Source of the DNA: Lepidodermella squamata
Lineage: Eukaryota > Animalia > Gastrotricha
NCBI GenBank assembly: GCA_047495785.1
Contig: JBLDXI010000032.1
Span: forward strand, 2,604,001 to 2,668,000
Direction: 5' to 3'
Length of the DNA: 64,000 nucleotides
In this document: piece by piece, positions 51,865 through 64,000 of the stretch
Layout: the number at the start of each line of letters is the position of its first letter
Numbering within the stretch: position 1 is the first letter of the stretch
Translations under genes and position numbers: made by a program
Notes under the pieces: model-generated
What the model saw: only the letters and a program-made list of their open reading frames with translations
The model's database searches: none
Told to the model about the DNA's origin: nothing

Positions 51865-52432
51865 AGGAATTTAAGGGGAAATAACACACTGTTAAGGCAT
51901 TGTAACAATCCCCCTTTATCGCCCTGTCGGTTGTTCTCATCCATGATCCTTGACATGGGCTTTGTCCGAGGCCAGTTCATCTCTGACCGTTCGCCTATAT
52001 TTTGGTTAGATTAGTCACAAATTTTCTCACAACAATTAGAGGTTCAAGAGCTGCTGATTAATATTGGCCAATGGCCCATTCGTAGATTACCCGCAGGCAA
52101 TCAAGAGCACGAAACATGGGTTCGCTTAGCATGTGGAGCTTCATCGTCTTTGTTCTTTCTGGAAATTTCCTTCAAGTATTTTCTCGCATGTAACTATACA
52201 GGTATTAATTTTCAAGGCCTTTGGCTTCGTTAAAGTTGAATTGCAACCGTCAGACTGAAGACTGATGCTAATGAAAAATGAGTGACGCTTATCCGGCGAT
52301 AAGTAAACGAAAGAGTCACTGTAATTACGGTGGCTAACTTAGATATTGATTTATTGACTGCTTTCTAACACCTTTTATTTATTACCCTCAGCTACCCTTA
52401 AAATTTGATCTATTTTAGGATAAATATAAATA

Positions 52433-55400
52433 ATGAGTGTATACGATAGGAAAGAGCGCGGCATAGACTTCAATCTTAATCGGACAGCGGCTATTGTTGG
52501 TCCCGGATCTTACGATATTGACAAGCCTGACAGGGAAAAAGTTCGAAAAGGTAAAATTTATTATATTGTTTGAGTTCGTCGTTGCAATCAAGTTTCACAG
52601 ATGGGTATGCTCCATTCAACTCATTAAGCACTCGGAACTGCTCAATAGCAATCGACACGGATGCGCCTCCACCTGGCATTTATGATCCAAAAAAGCCTAT
52701 ATCAACCGCAAAAAACGTAACGAGATATTCAGGCCTAAAAATTCTAAATATAACCTCTATATATTTTAGGTTGTTTCTCTGAAAAGCAACGTTGCTCGGT
52801 TTCAGGAGAAACCCTCTATAACGCCAGGTCCTGGCGCGTACGACATACAAGAAGCATTGACGATAGAGCATCCAGATTCTAGCAAAAAAGGCCAGAGCTT
52901 AAATAAAGGCTTCGGCTCGGACAAAGTGAGTTTTTATCTCTTCGATGCATTTAACTGCACCATTAATTTTCTACTTTCAAAGGATGTTCTGGTTTATAAA
53001 AATATTCGATTTGAGCGAAAGTACAATGTGCCATCCATACCAGTACCATCACAATCTCACGGCTACGAGGAGGGGGTGAATGGCGCCCTGGTTAGACAGG
53101 CACCCCCGGATAAAGACATTACCCTCGGGCCTGCCTATTACAATGCTCACATGGTGGTAAATACAATTTCGAATTCACTTTGAAAAAAAAATTAAAATCA
53201 ATCCATAACAGGTTGACACTACTCCTCAAAGTGCTGCGAAATACAAAGGAATCCACTGGAGTGCGATGCGAACGAAACGAGAGAGTGAATCTGATTTCCA
53301 AGCCAAGAGAGCTGCGAGAGATATGCCTGGCCCAGGAGCTTACGAAATTCCCGACTTTACGAGGAGTTTGACTGACGGTGTAGCTGGTGCCAAACAAGAA
53401 CTAAAGATTAATAGATTTATTGACGGCGTTGTAGCTGAGGCGAAAAAGAAAGGAGGCCCTGGACCGGGTTGGTACAATCTTCCCGGAAATTTCGAAACCA
53501 AACCCAGAGGCCCAATAGCTCTGGAGGAAGGCGCTGGACCTGTTGATCGACCTCCTTTCATGTCGAGCGAATCTCGCTTTAAGGGCAACGGCAGACAATT
53601 ATCTCCCGGCCCAGGTGCATACTCAGACCCTCGAACTGCTCTCGAAGCGCTCAGAAAACCGACAGCGCTTAAACGGCAACCTTTCGGCCAAACTGCTGCA
53701 CGCTTCGGCGATCGATACTCAGCTGGTGCACCTGGCCCTGCCGCTTACAATCCCGTGGGTGATTTGGCGCGAGAGAGCCTCAAGAAAGCTTTCGTCGCGG
53801 CATCTCAACGTGGTGCGTTCGGAACATCTTCAACTCGATCACTCGGACCCCCAGTGGTTAGAGACGCGATTGAAGCTCCCGGACCGGGCCACTACGATCC
53901 CAAAGTTAACATTGCCGCCGCTCCTCGTTACGTTCAAATGTCGTCAACTTTCGCTAGTACTTCGAAACGCGATGGCGCTGAAACTGCTGCAGATAAAGTA
54001 ATATTGATATTCTTAATTTTACTTCTTTCCAATAAAAGACTTTGAAATAGGCGATTCCACCTCCCGGTTCATATGACGTATCAAAAGCATATCACGCCCT
54101 TCGAGATCAAAAGGCCATCGCGAAACCTCGTACTGATGACGCATGGCGTCGCCAAACCTCGTTCGGCGTAGGTGCCGATCGGTGGAAGAGCGAAAATGAC
54201 CTACGGCCGGGTCCAGGTCAATACGATACCGATCTCAAATTTAACGCTGCGATCAATCCTGAGCGCGGTCGGACCATTCCTCGCGATCCCCGGTTTAGAG
54301 TTGGAAAACCTATGAAAATGCCTGGTCCTGCTGATTACACGGTAGGTTGACGTGTTTACATGCGATCAATTCGACATTATTTTTAGATCAATACCCGCTG
54401 ATGTGCAATTTAGATCAGCTGATCGCTTTTCGGTAGAGCAGCGACTTGTACATGTTGTGACAGCGTATAAAACATTTGATTTGTGATTCACACGCCTGCC
54501 TGATGTTAAACGCAGCGTATAGGTAGTATAGATTAATAGCGGGCGAAACGCGGGGGTGAAAATAACATCGATTATTCGATGCAATCTGGCTTTTCTTTGC
54601 GTAAAATAATGCATATTTTACAGCTATAACTGTAATGACTCCCGGGTAACTGATAATCAAGTTGAAGACGAGCAGCCGTGACGTTTATATTACCCCCGTT
54701 GCGCGTTCTACTAAGGTAGGAAATATTAACTGCGCGGAATTTTCGCTAAACAAACGATAATGTTGAAACAATAACCTACTGTGAAATATCGCTGCACAGG
54801 TAAACACATTAATTAAAGGCGTGTCAGTTATTTTTACGGCCCGTTGCCGGTTGTGATGGATGCGCCCGCGGCGCCATTCATTACACTTTTTACGCGATAG
54901 CTATAGCAAGGGCCACGTGTTAACAGCCAAAACAACCGATCGAATCGTGTAAACACGGCGGTTTTTTCGCTCACTGGTTACGCTTGATCGGTTGCGCGGT
55001 TAATTGTTAATTACGATGAACCGCCTCGTTTCTGTCAACGCGCAGACGTTTCGCGCGATTTAGCGAAAAAGAGCCATGTGGTGTCTGGGGGTACTATATA
55101 TAACCTTCCCCAGAGCGCGCCAGGGTGAACCCGGCAAAATCACCTTATCTTCGGCCGAATCGGTGAATTATAACCGTCTGAGCATTGTTATGCTTTCAAT
55201 CAAGTACCAGTAATTAAGTTTACCATGCACAGGAAAAGTATCGATATTATATAGTTGCGCAACGCGATTTAATTCATCGCAAATGTTTCTGATATATGCG
55301 CGAATCAGTTGATCGCAAGGTGAATCACTTCACAGTTGCGCGCGTGTCTTTCGATGTTAGCACTTGGACTTAGTTCCAGAGAAGTTCTCATCCGCCTTAA

Positions 55401-55573
55401 TGCATGTCGAACGTGCTCGAAATTCAATTTACTCACTAACCCGCATGCTGTTCTATCCTATAGCTATATGATGGTTTTGTTTGTTTTCCTCATTTTAGCT
55501 GTCGCCGCTTCTGCAAGACACGGTTTTGCGCGGCACCTTCAACGTGACGCTTGGTCAGGCTATGGTCAAGTGA
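52433..55573 (+). CDS. STPG2: Sperm-tail PG-rich repeat protein 2 (SHIPPO repeats), 7 exons; last exon 55499-55573
   Basis: MSVYDR..VGPGSYD..GYAPFNSLSTR, many PGPGxY repeats, PSIPVPSQSHGYEE, terminal LSPLLQDTVLRGTFNVTL. Confidence 0.88.
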
Positions 55574-57309
55574 AACGATGGCGATGAACAGGCGGCATGA
55601 TATAAGTCACAACGGACACGATAGCCATCGGACGAGACGTCACGCAAAGTTCCCAGCATAGAGCACAGCTTCTTCATCAACAATAATGCCTAGTTCATAA
55701 AAATTATTGTTTCTCCACATCATTTTATAACAGAAGTGCTGACTGTCTTTTCGTTATTGCCTTATTACAGCTTGTTATTGATATTAATTACTTAGAATTT
55801 ATTGTTTCTACTCAAACGTTAATTTACTGTGATATCAGCATCTCTTCTTTCTTTTATTTCAACATGAGCATGCTCTTCATAACGCACGTCTTTTTCTAGC
55901 GTTGTTAAACGACCCTTGACAGCTTATGATTACTTTATTAGATAACAAATCTTGCCAAGTCTTTATATTTTTCAAAAATCATTGACATTTTATTTTTGTC
56001 TTAATCATCATAATGAGATTCATCTCTTTATAGGCTGTGAAATTTTTCCGCATCAAAAGTGAAATTTGATGAATAAATATGAAATTTTTCGATGATTCTA
56101 TCGGCAATATTGTTTTTAGGTCATTGGAGACGACGTCATTGGATCACAACAGATGATGCGCGATACGTATCGGGGGCAAACTTCCGCACCTCGCGCTGAG
56201 AGTTGCGCAACTTTGAAACGCGCATGTATCAAATAATACTTGAATTGCCTTGCATTTATATCTTGCATTTCCGGTTCATTTTCTTTCAACGCGGCATGAT
56301 AATGAACCGACCCACTACTCACACTAACAGCAGGCGCGCCGTTTTCTTGAAGTGGATCAAGTTACTAGTAAATTATAGCCAATATAACAGCGGGTGTCCG
56401 AAACGCTGTTGCTGCTATTTTTATACCCTGAAAATATATTTTAGCTGGTAATAGTTATTGTATGTTGATGATTCGGTTTTTGCGATAAACAAAACTCGCA
56501 TGGTGCCAAGGGACGCGCAGGTGAGCGCTTTTTTACGACGTGCGCACGCGCGTATTTTTTTGAACGAGCGCGCTCCGGGACGCTCAAGTCGTATATACTT
56601 CCTTTAGGCTCGCTCGCTCGCTCGAGCAGTAAAAGCTCAGATCATTTATTTACGTAAAAATGCCACATTTTTGTTGGGGCGGTGTTGGTGATAGCCGTAA
56701 GAGTAGTAGCCAAGGCTTTACGCAACTGCTGTGGTAATATTTTTGTTTGTTTCGACTCTGAAAAATGTAATGTACATCATGTCCAAACAAACAACTAGCC
56801 GCCAGGCAGACCAGCTCATGTTTTATAACTTATACGGGATAAACGAAGAAAAAGCTTAACCACAAACTTTTTGACAAGTACACTATTCGCCTGCAGCAGG
56901 TTTTTCGCACGCATGAGTTTTTTCGTTTTCGCTCATTCCTGACATCACATCGTATATGTCACCCAGTGCATGGATATCGCTCACTTATTATTATTATTAT
57001 TGTTATTTTAACTAGGCGCTACTTTTTACGCATTATTTTGCCCCCGAGACGCTCCCCTCATATCGACAACAAGTAATACATCCTGTTGTAGCAAACAAAT
57101 TTGCATAATATTTTTTTCCGCGTTGCATCGCTTGACCGGTGTCGAAAAATTCCGAGCATCAGGAGGCTCAAAAACATCATTAGAGTTACGATATATTTCG
57201 TTATATTTACTATTCAATCCGCATAAATTAAACTACCCAATTTTTTGTTAGATTTTTGTTCATGTTTTATGGAAAAATTTATTTACGATTGCGTTATTAA
57301 TCACCGGAC

Positions 57310-60300
57310 ATGTTACTGCTAACGCCGGCGGGTGTTTTATTGGTGCTGCTGGTTTGTATAGCCGATCGGTCAGGTGAGTACGGATAAATAATGGCTTTAT
57401 TTCCTACTTATATAATTAATAGGTGCGGTGTAGATTTTCGCATCTATTATTTTTATCTAATATATAACTAACGGTCGGACACGCTGCCAAAATGGCGTGA
57501 CCACTACAAATTTCCGTTACTATCAGCTCAGCTAGGCTTAATGGGTTGGTCTCCGGAGCGTTACGCAACTCGGTTGTATTATTGCCGCGCGTCTTGGTAT
57601 CGGTTTTTGCGTTCGGTATTTATTTTGCGACACGGGCGGGAACGCGCCGGCTCGAGTATGACGTCGAGTGTGTGATTATGCCCCGCTAGAGTATTTGCGC
57701 GCCTTGTCAAAAGCTGCGGCCATGTACCTTCTCGACGTTCGAACAAGAGGTCAGCTAATTCGTGTAATAATACACCTTTTATTACGGAATGTTATTCTCG
57801 CTGTCACCCGGTGAAGACTTCAATTGCGGTACCGGCCAGATGTCAGCACCGGTAGTCAAGGGCTGTTCTTTCGGGCAGCGGCGACGCCATCGGAATGCGC
57901 GAAAAACCTCATCAATCTCGCGCGCGGCTACATCTGTCAAATTGCCCCTCTTAACACGCATTTTACGACCGCGCATCTGTTCCGCGCGTTCACCTTCGAA
58001 TTTTTGCGCGCAACACACTACCCGTGAGTTAATTAGTCGGTCGGTGAAAAAAGTGCGCACACCGCAACATCTGGTTAATTAAGGCGGCGGCGGCGATGCC
58101 TCGCACGCTCAAAGGCGTTAGCTTTTACTCCGGAGACGCGCTAGATAATCGTGTTTTCATTGTGATAGCACATCATCAGGTGTAAATATCAAATGCATTA
58201 GCCACGCGCGCGGAAGATACCGATACCGACGCTCAAACGCTGAACAAACTACCGGTCGGAACTAACGGTTGCAAAACTTGAAGTGCTCGTCTTCTTTGTT
58301 ATTTCAGCAGCCGACAGACGCATTGTGCCGCCTTGTAATACTATCGATAAGTCGCGGCCATTTTTATTGCGTGCCCTACTTTAAATTACCAGAACCAACC
58401 TGTCTTAATTAGATGCAGTTAGATAAATACATCTATCGCTACTTTCTTCTCTATAGCTTGCACTAGCAGCGATGATCGCATTATTTCTCCACTCATCATC
58501 CATCTTACTAAAATTAAGAAGTTGTAGGAAACTAAAATTAAGAAAGTAGCGTCTCACGCGGCGCCGAAATCAATCCAAGCCGTAACTGAAACCTAACGGC
58601 CCCACGAGGGACGCAAGTTGATAATATCGACGCCCGTTTTTAATGTCATTAATGCTTGCGAGCGTGCGACCGTTTTTACTAAGAGTTTCACTCGAAACTC
58701 GTATTTTTACTACACCACGGCTATTTTCTGCACTCGATGCAGCGTCGACGCGAGCGCTGTCAATCGAAGCATCCGCCACCGGGTATAACACGCAATCGCG
58801 CCATTTTGTTGTTTTCTTTGTTTTATTTTCAACTCAACAAGCGTCGTTTGTCACTTCATTCTCGATAAAACGGCAGCAGCATAATTCGACACCTGTTTTT
58901 ACGATTATTTGTAATCCATGTTAATTTACACGCGTTATCTATGCGTAGCATCGGCGATTTTCGCTTATCTCCAGACAACGTTCGAAAATGCAAATTTTTC
59001 GACGCCACTACTACGATTCTTGCACTCGTTGGTGCATTTCTCTCGAATATTAACCCAACTGTTTTTTCTACCGTTTTCAAGTTTTACCCGCAAGTTTTTG
59101 GAAAAGAATAGCGCGTGCTTTTTATTCAATTATTTTTCTCCCGCCGTCAGCGCAGTCCATCAAACCGAGCTGTCATAATGATATCAAGTTGTTTTTCATC
59201 CCCCTATTATTTTCACGCCGTGCGTCAAAAGCAACACTCTCCACTGGATGAAAATTTTCATTTAAAAAGTTATTCAAGATCGTAATATATTTTTAACAAT
59301 ATTATCTCGAGCCGCAACGACGACGGCGGGTTATATTTTTTCGCGCTCCTTGTAACTTGATTAAAATTTTCTGCGCTGTTTTTAATTCTGTCAGATTATC
59401 ACCACGACTTGGCCCGTGAGCATTAGGACACTACACTTATTCCGGGTCGGCGATTGTAATCGTCATCACCGAGTGAGTGCGAAGGCCGTATTTTAAGGCG
59501 GATGTGCTCTCGAACTATCCTTAGCTGTATAATCTGATTTTATCCGAGCGTATTTACGACTGAAGCCGATGTTAGGTAATAAGTAATTCTGGGTCGTAAA
59601 ATGCGCACTACAGTACGCAGTCAAGTGAGTGACTCGTATTCGGCCTCTATTCCAGTAATGAGATCGCCCATTTGACATGCATCTCTTCGTCATCTGTCAT
59701 CAATCCAGGCGCGCACGCGGCCTTAAAATCTCGAAATCGATTTTAAATCTAGCGCGAAGATTTCTCCTCTCTCGCGCCCGGTCATTAGGACCGAGTGCGG
59801 TAAATAATATTATTAATAATAACAGCTCCCTTGGCCGCAATTCTGCAGCATTATACTTGCAGTTTATTCTATAAAAAATTTCCCCTTCGATAAACACCTG
59901 TATTTTTAAGCACCTAGTAATTAATACATTTGTCGCGTGTAAAATGTCAAGGAGTCTAGCAAGCCCTATGCCTGATTTAATTTTAAGGTAGCCCTTTTAA
60001 AAACCGTTAATCACATTACGCATTAGCTTCCTGTCTCGATGTTGTGCAATATGCGACTGCAGGGTAGTAATTATTTTCATTTAAAATTCAGAATTTTTTG
60101 TAGAACAACAAAGCTAATACTGTTGTTTACGAGATTATTAGGCTAGATCTCTGAAATGTATATTGCCATTTACGCCTTGTCTGTATGTCAACGGCACTTG
60201 AAAAAGTTTTTCTCTCTCATCTCTAGCTGCTGCATGTGTCTCTATTCAAAACAAGTTGTAAACAAATTATTGATTTTTAAACACCGCGCCGGCTAAGTAT

Positions 60301-63300
60301 GCGCGCTTATTTTTAGCGCATGACCGGCAGTCATCGAATTCCCAAGTGGGATCATCAGAGAAAATAATAGCCGGTTGTTGATCGGCGGTCGCGAGCTCAA
60401 ATCCCTAGCCGGCGAGTTTTTCCGCTCTCTAACAGTAACTACTTTGTTTACTAATATTTTCAAACAACGCGCAAGCGCGTCGCCTGGGCCGAATTCTCCG
60501 GGCGCACGAGCTCGAGAAATTTGTTACTAAAACACAAGTTGATTATTATTTATCTCATCTCGCCTGATGTGAAAATCCCATTCATTCACTCTTGCGCTAA
60601 AACAACGCAAACAGATTTTGCCTACTTGAAATTGTCGAGGCAAATATACTTCGCCGTCACCCCATCTATTATCGCCTGTTATGCCCGGGTAAATAACTGT
60701 ACGTTGCTGCTGCTGCTCCTGTAAAGGATCGCGGTGATGGGCGTCCGGCGCGCGATGGACAGGTGCGCAAACTTGAGTCGCTACATTTTCAATTTGTTGC
60801 GAATGAATCGTCATCGTCGCTTATCACTACCAGACGGATGTCTAGATCAACAACAGGGCGTTTTCTCGCCATAGCTACCTTAATATCGCTAAGAAAAATA
60901 AGACGTTGTTGTTGTTTTTGGCGCTTTACTTCTCTCTGCTGGCACTTGCAGCGTTGTGTTCGCCGTTACGACGTCGTAAAAACTCGCCGAGGCATATAGG
61001 TTATTTTGGTTATCTCTCTTGATAAACACCGCCCGCTGCTCTTTTTACGATCCGATGCGATGGTGATCGTACAACACGAAAACGGCCGCAACGGCATGAC
61101 GGCGTCTCCTGTGTTGTTTTATACACGGTGTCATTTTCGCAACGGCAAATAACGACGCCTTTTGTAAGATCAAGTACGCTGACATGGCGCTGACAGGCCG
61201 CTAAAAGCGCACATGTTGTAGCTGGATGGCTTTTTCATCATCATCATCTTTATCATCTACTCTCGGGCTCTCATCCCGCCCAGCGGTAGCCCTCTGCTAG
61301 ACCCTGACCATTGCTGTATGTGCTGGCGGCGTGACAAAAGCGGGCGTGAAAAAAGGCCCGCGCGTGTGGTATGTGTCACCTGGTCTTGCCGGACGCATCA
61401 AAGGCGAGCTGCTTTCAGCGTTTGAGCGTAAAATTTTGAGGCGACGACGACGGCTGTTTCTCACCGCGGCGAGCACGCGATCGGCGTTTTGTCGACGCCG
61501 TTTCGCGCACGACTGGCCGCGCGGCGTTTAATGACCTTGCGCTCGCGACAAATGTCATTGCCATTATTTTCTCGTCGTGTCCTCAAAACGACGCGCGCGT
61601 GCGATATCTCTGCAGTTCTCATCGTCGTGCAAATTGCAGCGATGACCCCGGGGCACGATTTTTATTACAAGCGGCGTCTCCGGGAATCAAAGCGCACTCG
61701 AATATCATTTTATAGTTGTTGTTATAATTTGTACCCGAAAATTAATTTACTGGTCTCTTAACATGCTTATTCTTATAGACGCGAAACCGAGCTTTGATTA
61801 TTTAACCACAACTGCTACTGAATTGTCGACAAAGCGGCAACAACGACGCCAATTCGACAACGACGACAACGATTCGACAACATCAGGTGTGCCGCAGAAT
61901 AAAAAACAAGCTGCTCAACGCATGATGGAAGCGATTCGTAAAGGTCGCCCAATTTTAATTGCCGAGCCTGAAAAGGCGTATTACATCGGTTCTGGCCGTA
62001 GCCGAACAGCTAAAATCGGCTGCCAAGCTGTTAACGCTATCCAGATTAATTTCATCTGCAACGACAAGCACGTCGGCCCGAATGAAATTAAAACCATCGA
62101 AGTCGAGGATGAAAAAACCGGACTTCGCGTTATGGAGGTTTGTTGCGATCAATTTTGAAAAAACCCAGCTTAATATTATTTTTTAATCGTAGAGTTACAT
62201 TGTTCGTGATCGTGAGATGTTGGAAGAGCGCCTACAAGCGCAGTTGAGTTCCAGCACTCACGCGCCTTCGTCTTCGACCAGCCAAACCGCACTTGGCCCT
62301 TACTGGTGCCAGTGCTTAGTTTGGAGCCTCAATGCCAACCCTCAGACCGGTCAACCCGACAGCCTGTACAGCCGGCGAGCTGTCGTTCATCTAGCGTGTA
62401 AGTTCATTTTTCATGTCATCTGGCCCGCACTTCCTTATCTTAGATTGTCCGATTATTCCTCAAGTTAGTGTCAAAGCTTATAAAAATATTGCGCAAGCCC
62501 TGTCACCATGTGTCGTGCTATTAAGGCAGATGCGCCCTAGCATTACTATATTGCGTGCGCGCGGCATTGGCGGAAAGGAAGGAAATTTGAGCCACTATAG
62601 GCGCCTTTGCCAGATATCGCGTTTCACACCTTGGGCGCACACAGGCCACTGGCCGGTCAACTGGTTTATAGGTTAATTAGCCGGGCGCTTTCAAAGCGGC
62701 GAACATGCATGCAACCGCCGCTGCCGCCATGTAATTGACCTAATAATCCTTTTTAATTTCATGCTTTTCAGACCTGAGAAAGAAGTTTGAACGCGAACCT
62801 GTGCCGCAAAGAAGCGCCGTCGGCGGTGCGGTCTCATTCACCTGCTCGCCGCCCGAGGCCCTGCCAGAGCCTACGCTGCTGTGGTTTCGCGACAACCGCC
62901 CAATCGAAGGCGATGGCCGTCGCATCATCGTCGACCAAAAACTTCGTCAATTGAGTATTTTAGAGGTTAGTTGAAAAAATTAAATCGATAAAAAATAATT
63001 AGGAAAAATTAAGAAACATTTATTTAAAATTTTTTTTTTGCTTTTAGGTGCGGCCTGAAGACCATGCGAATTACACATGCGTGGTTGAAAATGTGGCGGG
63101 TAAACGAATTTCGCCTCCCGCGCTGCTCGCAGTTACCCAAGACGGCGGCTGGTCAACCTGGTCGTCGTGGTCTCGTTGCGTACCAGACAGCGATCAGGTC
63201 GTTATCGATACCGAAAAATCAGCCGACTGCCAGTTGACCGGGCACCAGCGCCGGTTGCGAACCTGCTCGAACCCGGAACCGAAGCATGGCGGCAAGGCGT

Positions 63301-64000
63301 GTTCAGGCGACGAATTCGAGACTCAGTCGTGCTCGTTGCCATGCAGCGCCGCCACCCCGGCTAATACCCTGGCCGAAAAGGTCACTGTGAAGCAGGCGAA
63401 CAGTCAAGGGTGGTCGGCGTGGTCTGAATGGTCGGAATGCTCGCCAGCCCCGGAGTGTCGCCGAACGCGGCGGAGAACTTGCCTGTTAACCGACGCGTCT
63501 TCAGTCGGCTGCTCCGGGCTGAACAGCCAATCGATCTCGTGCGCGCCGAGTCAATGCGGCGTGCCTAGGTTGAACGTCAATTTCGACTCGACGACGCATT
63601 CGCTGATCGGCAGCCAGACCGTCGAACCCAGCGCGCAGCATTGGCACCCGGCTGAAACCGCTTTACTCGTCACAATCCCACTCTGCGGGGTGTTACTCAT
63701 AGTTTTACTCGCCCTAGTCGCTGTTTGGATTAAGCGGCGTTGGCAACGGCGTCGCCAGTTGAATGTGGTACTAGCCAGTACTGATTTCGTCTCCGGGTCT
63801 CGAGGGCTGAAATTCTTCGCGGGCAGTGGCAGCAATTCAATCGCGAGTAAGCACAGTGCCGCGTTTTGTTACACCGGCGTGCCAGGCCCGGCCTCCTCGT
63901 CATCAGGCGTTTCATCATCAGCCGAAGCCGTTCCGTTACGGCTAGCGAACACCTCGACCAGCTCAACAACAGAGGCCCCGGGCCGCCGGGTTGGTACTGA
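57310..64000 (+). CDS. UNC5: Netrin receptor UNC5 (signal peptide, 2 Ig, 2 TSP1, TM); exons 57310-57373, 61779-62137, 62193-62397, 62772-62965, 63048 to beyond the window end
   Basis: EPEKAYY..CQAVNAIQINFICN, YWCQCLVW, AYLRKKFEREP, NYTCVVENVAGKR, DGGWSTWSSWSRC, TM helix LLVTIPLCGVLLIVLLALVAVW; the phase-1 signal-peptide exon MLLLTPAGVLLVLLVCIADRS fits exon 2 (this exon is less certain). Confidence 0.9.

Overview
Gene-dense window from a compact animal (most likely invertebrate) nuclear genome with mostly 50-60 nt GT-AG introns and abundant CpG; the taxon cannot be identified from this sequence. About 19 protein-coding genes were reconstructed by hand, several of them missed or fragmented by the ORF track: CDKL2/3-like kinase (exon 1), a divergent nuclear receptor, IQCE, HEXIM, SLC25A19, ATP synthase subunit f, a GYPP-repeat protein, voltage-sensing phosphatase (VSP/TPTE), SIRT1, CCDC134, HARS, histone H3.3, RPS15A, SRRD, unkempt, three GalNAc-transferase-like paralogs, SH2D4, ALG14, STPG2 and UNC5. 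There are also two hAT-type MITEs, a 5'-truncated RTE-type retroelement and tiny palindromes. Most notable: (i) operon-like co-directional runs with a splice acceptor just upstream of almost every ATG, suggesting SL trans-splicing; (ii) intronless SRRD lying between the pyrimidine-rich leader and the coding exons of RPS15A on the same strand; (iii) a HARS mitochondrial-type presequence with no AUG; (iv) a family of GalNAc-T pseudoenzymes; (v) CCDC134 with a 300-aa K/E/Q cassette exon. All family calls come from remembered motifs, not database searches, and exon coordinates are manual readings.
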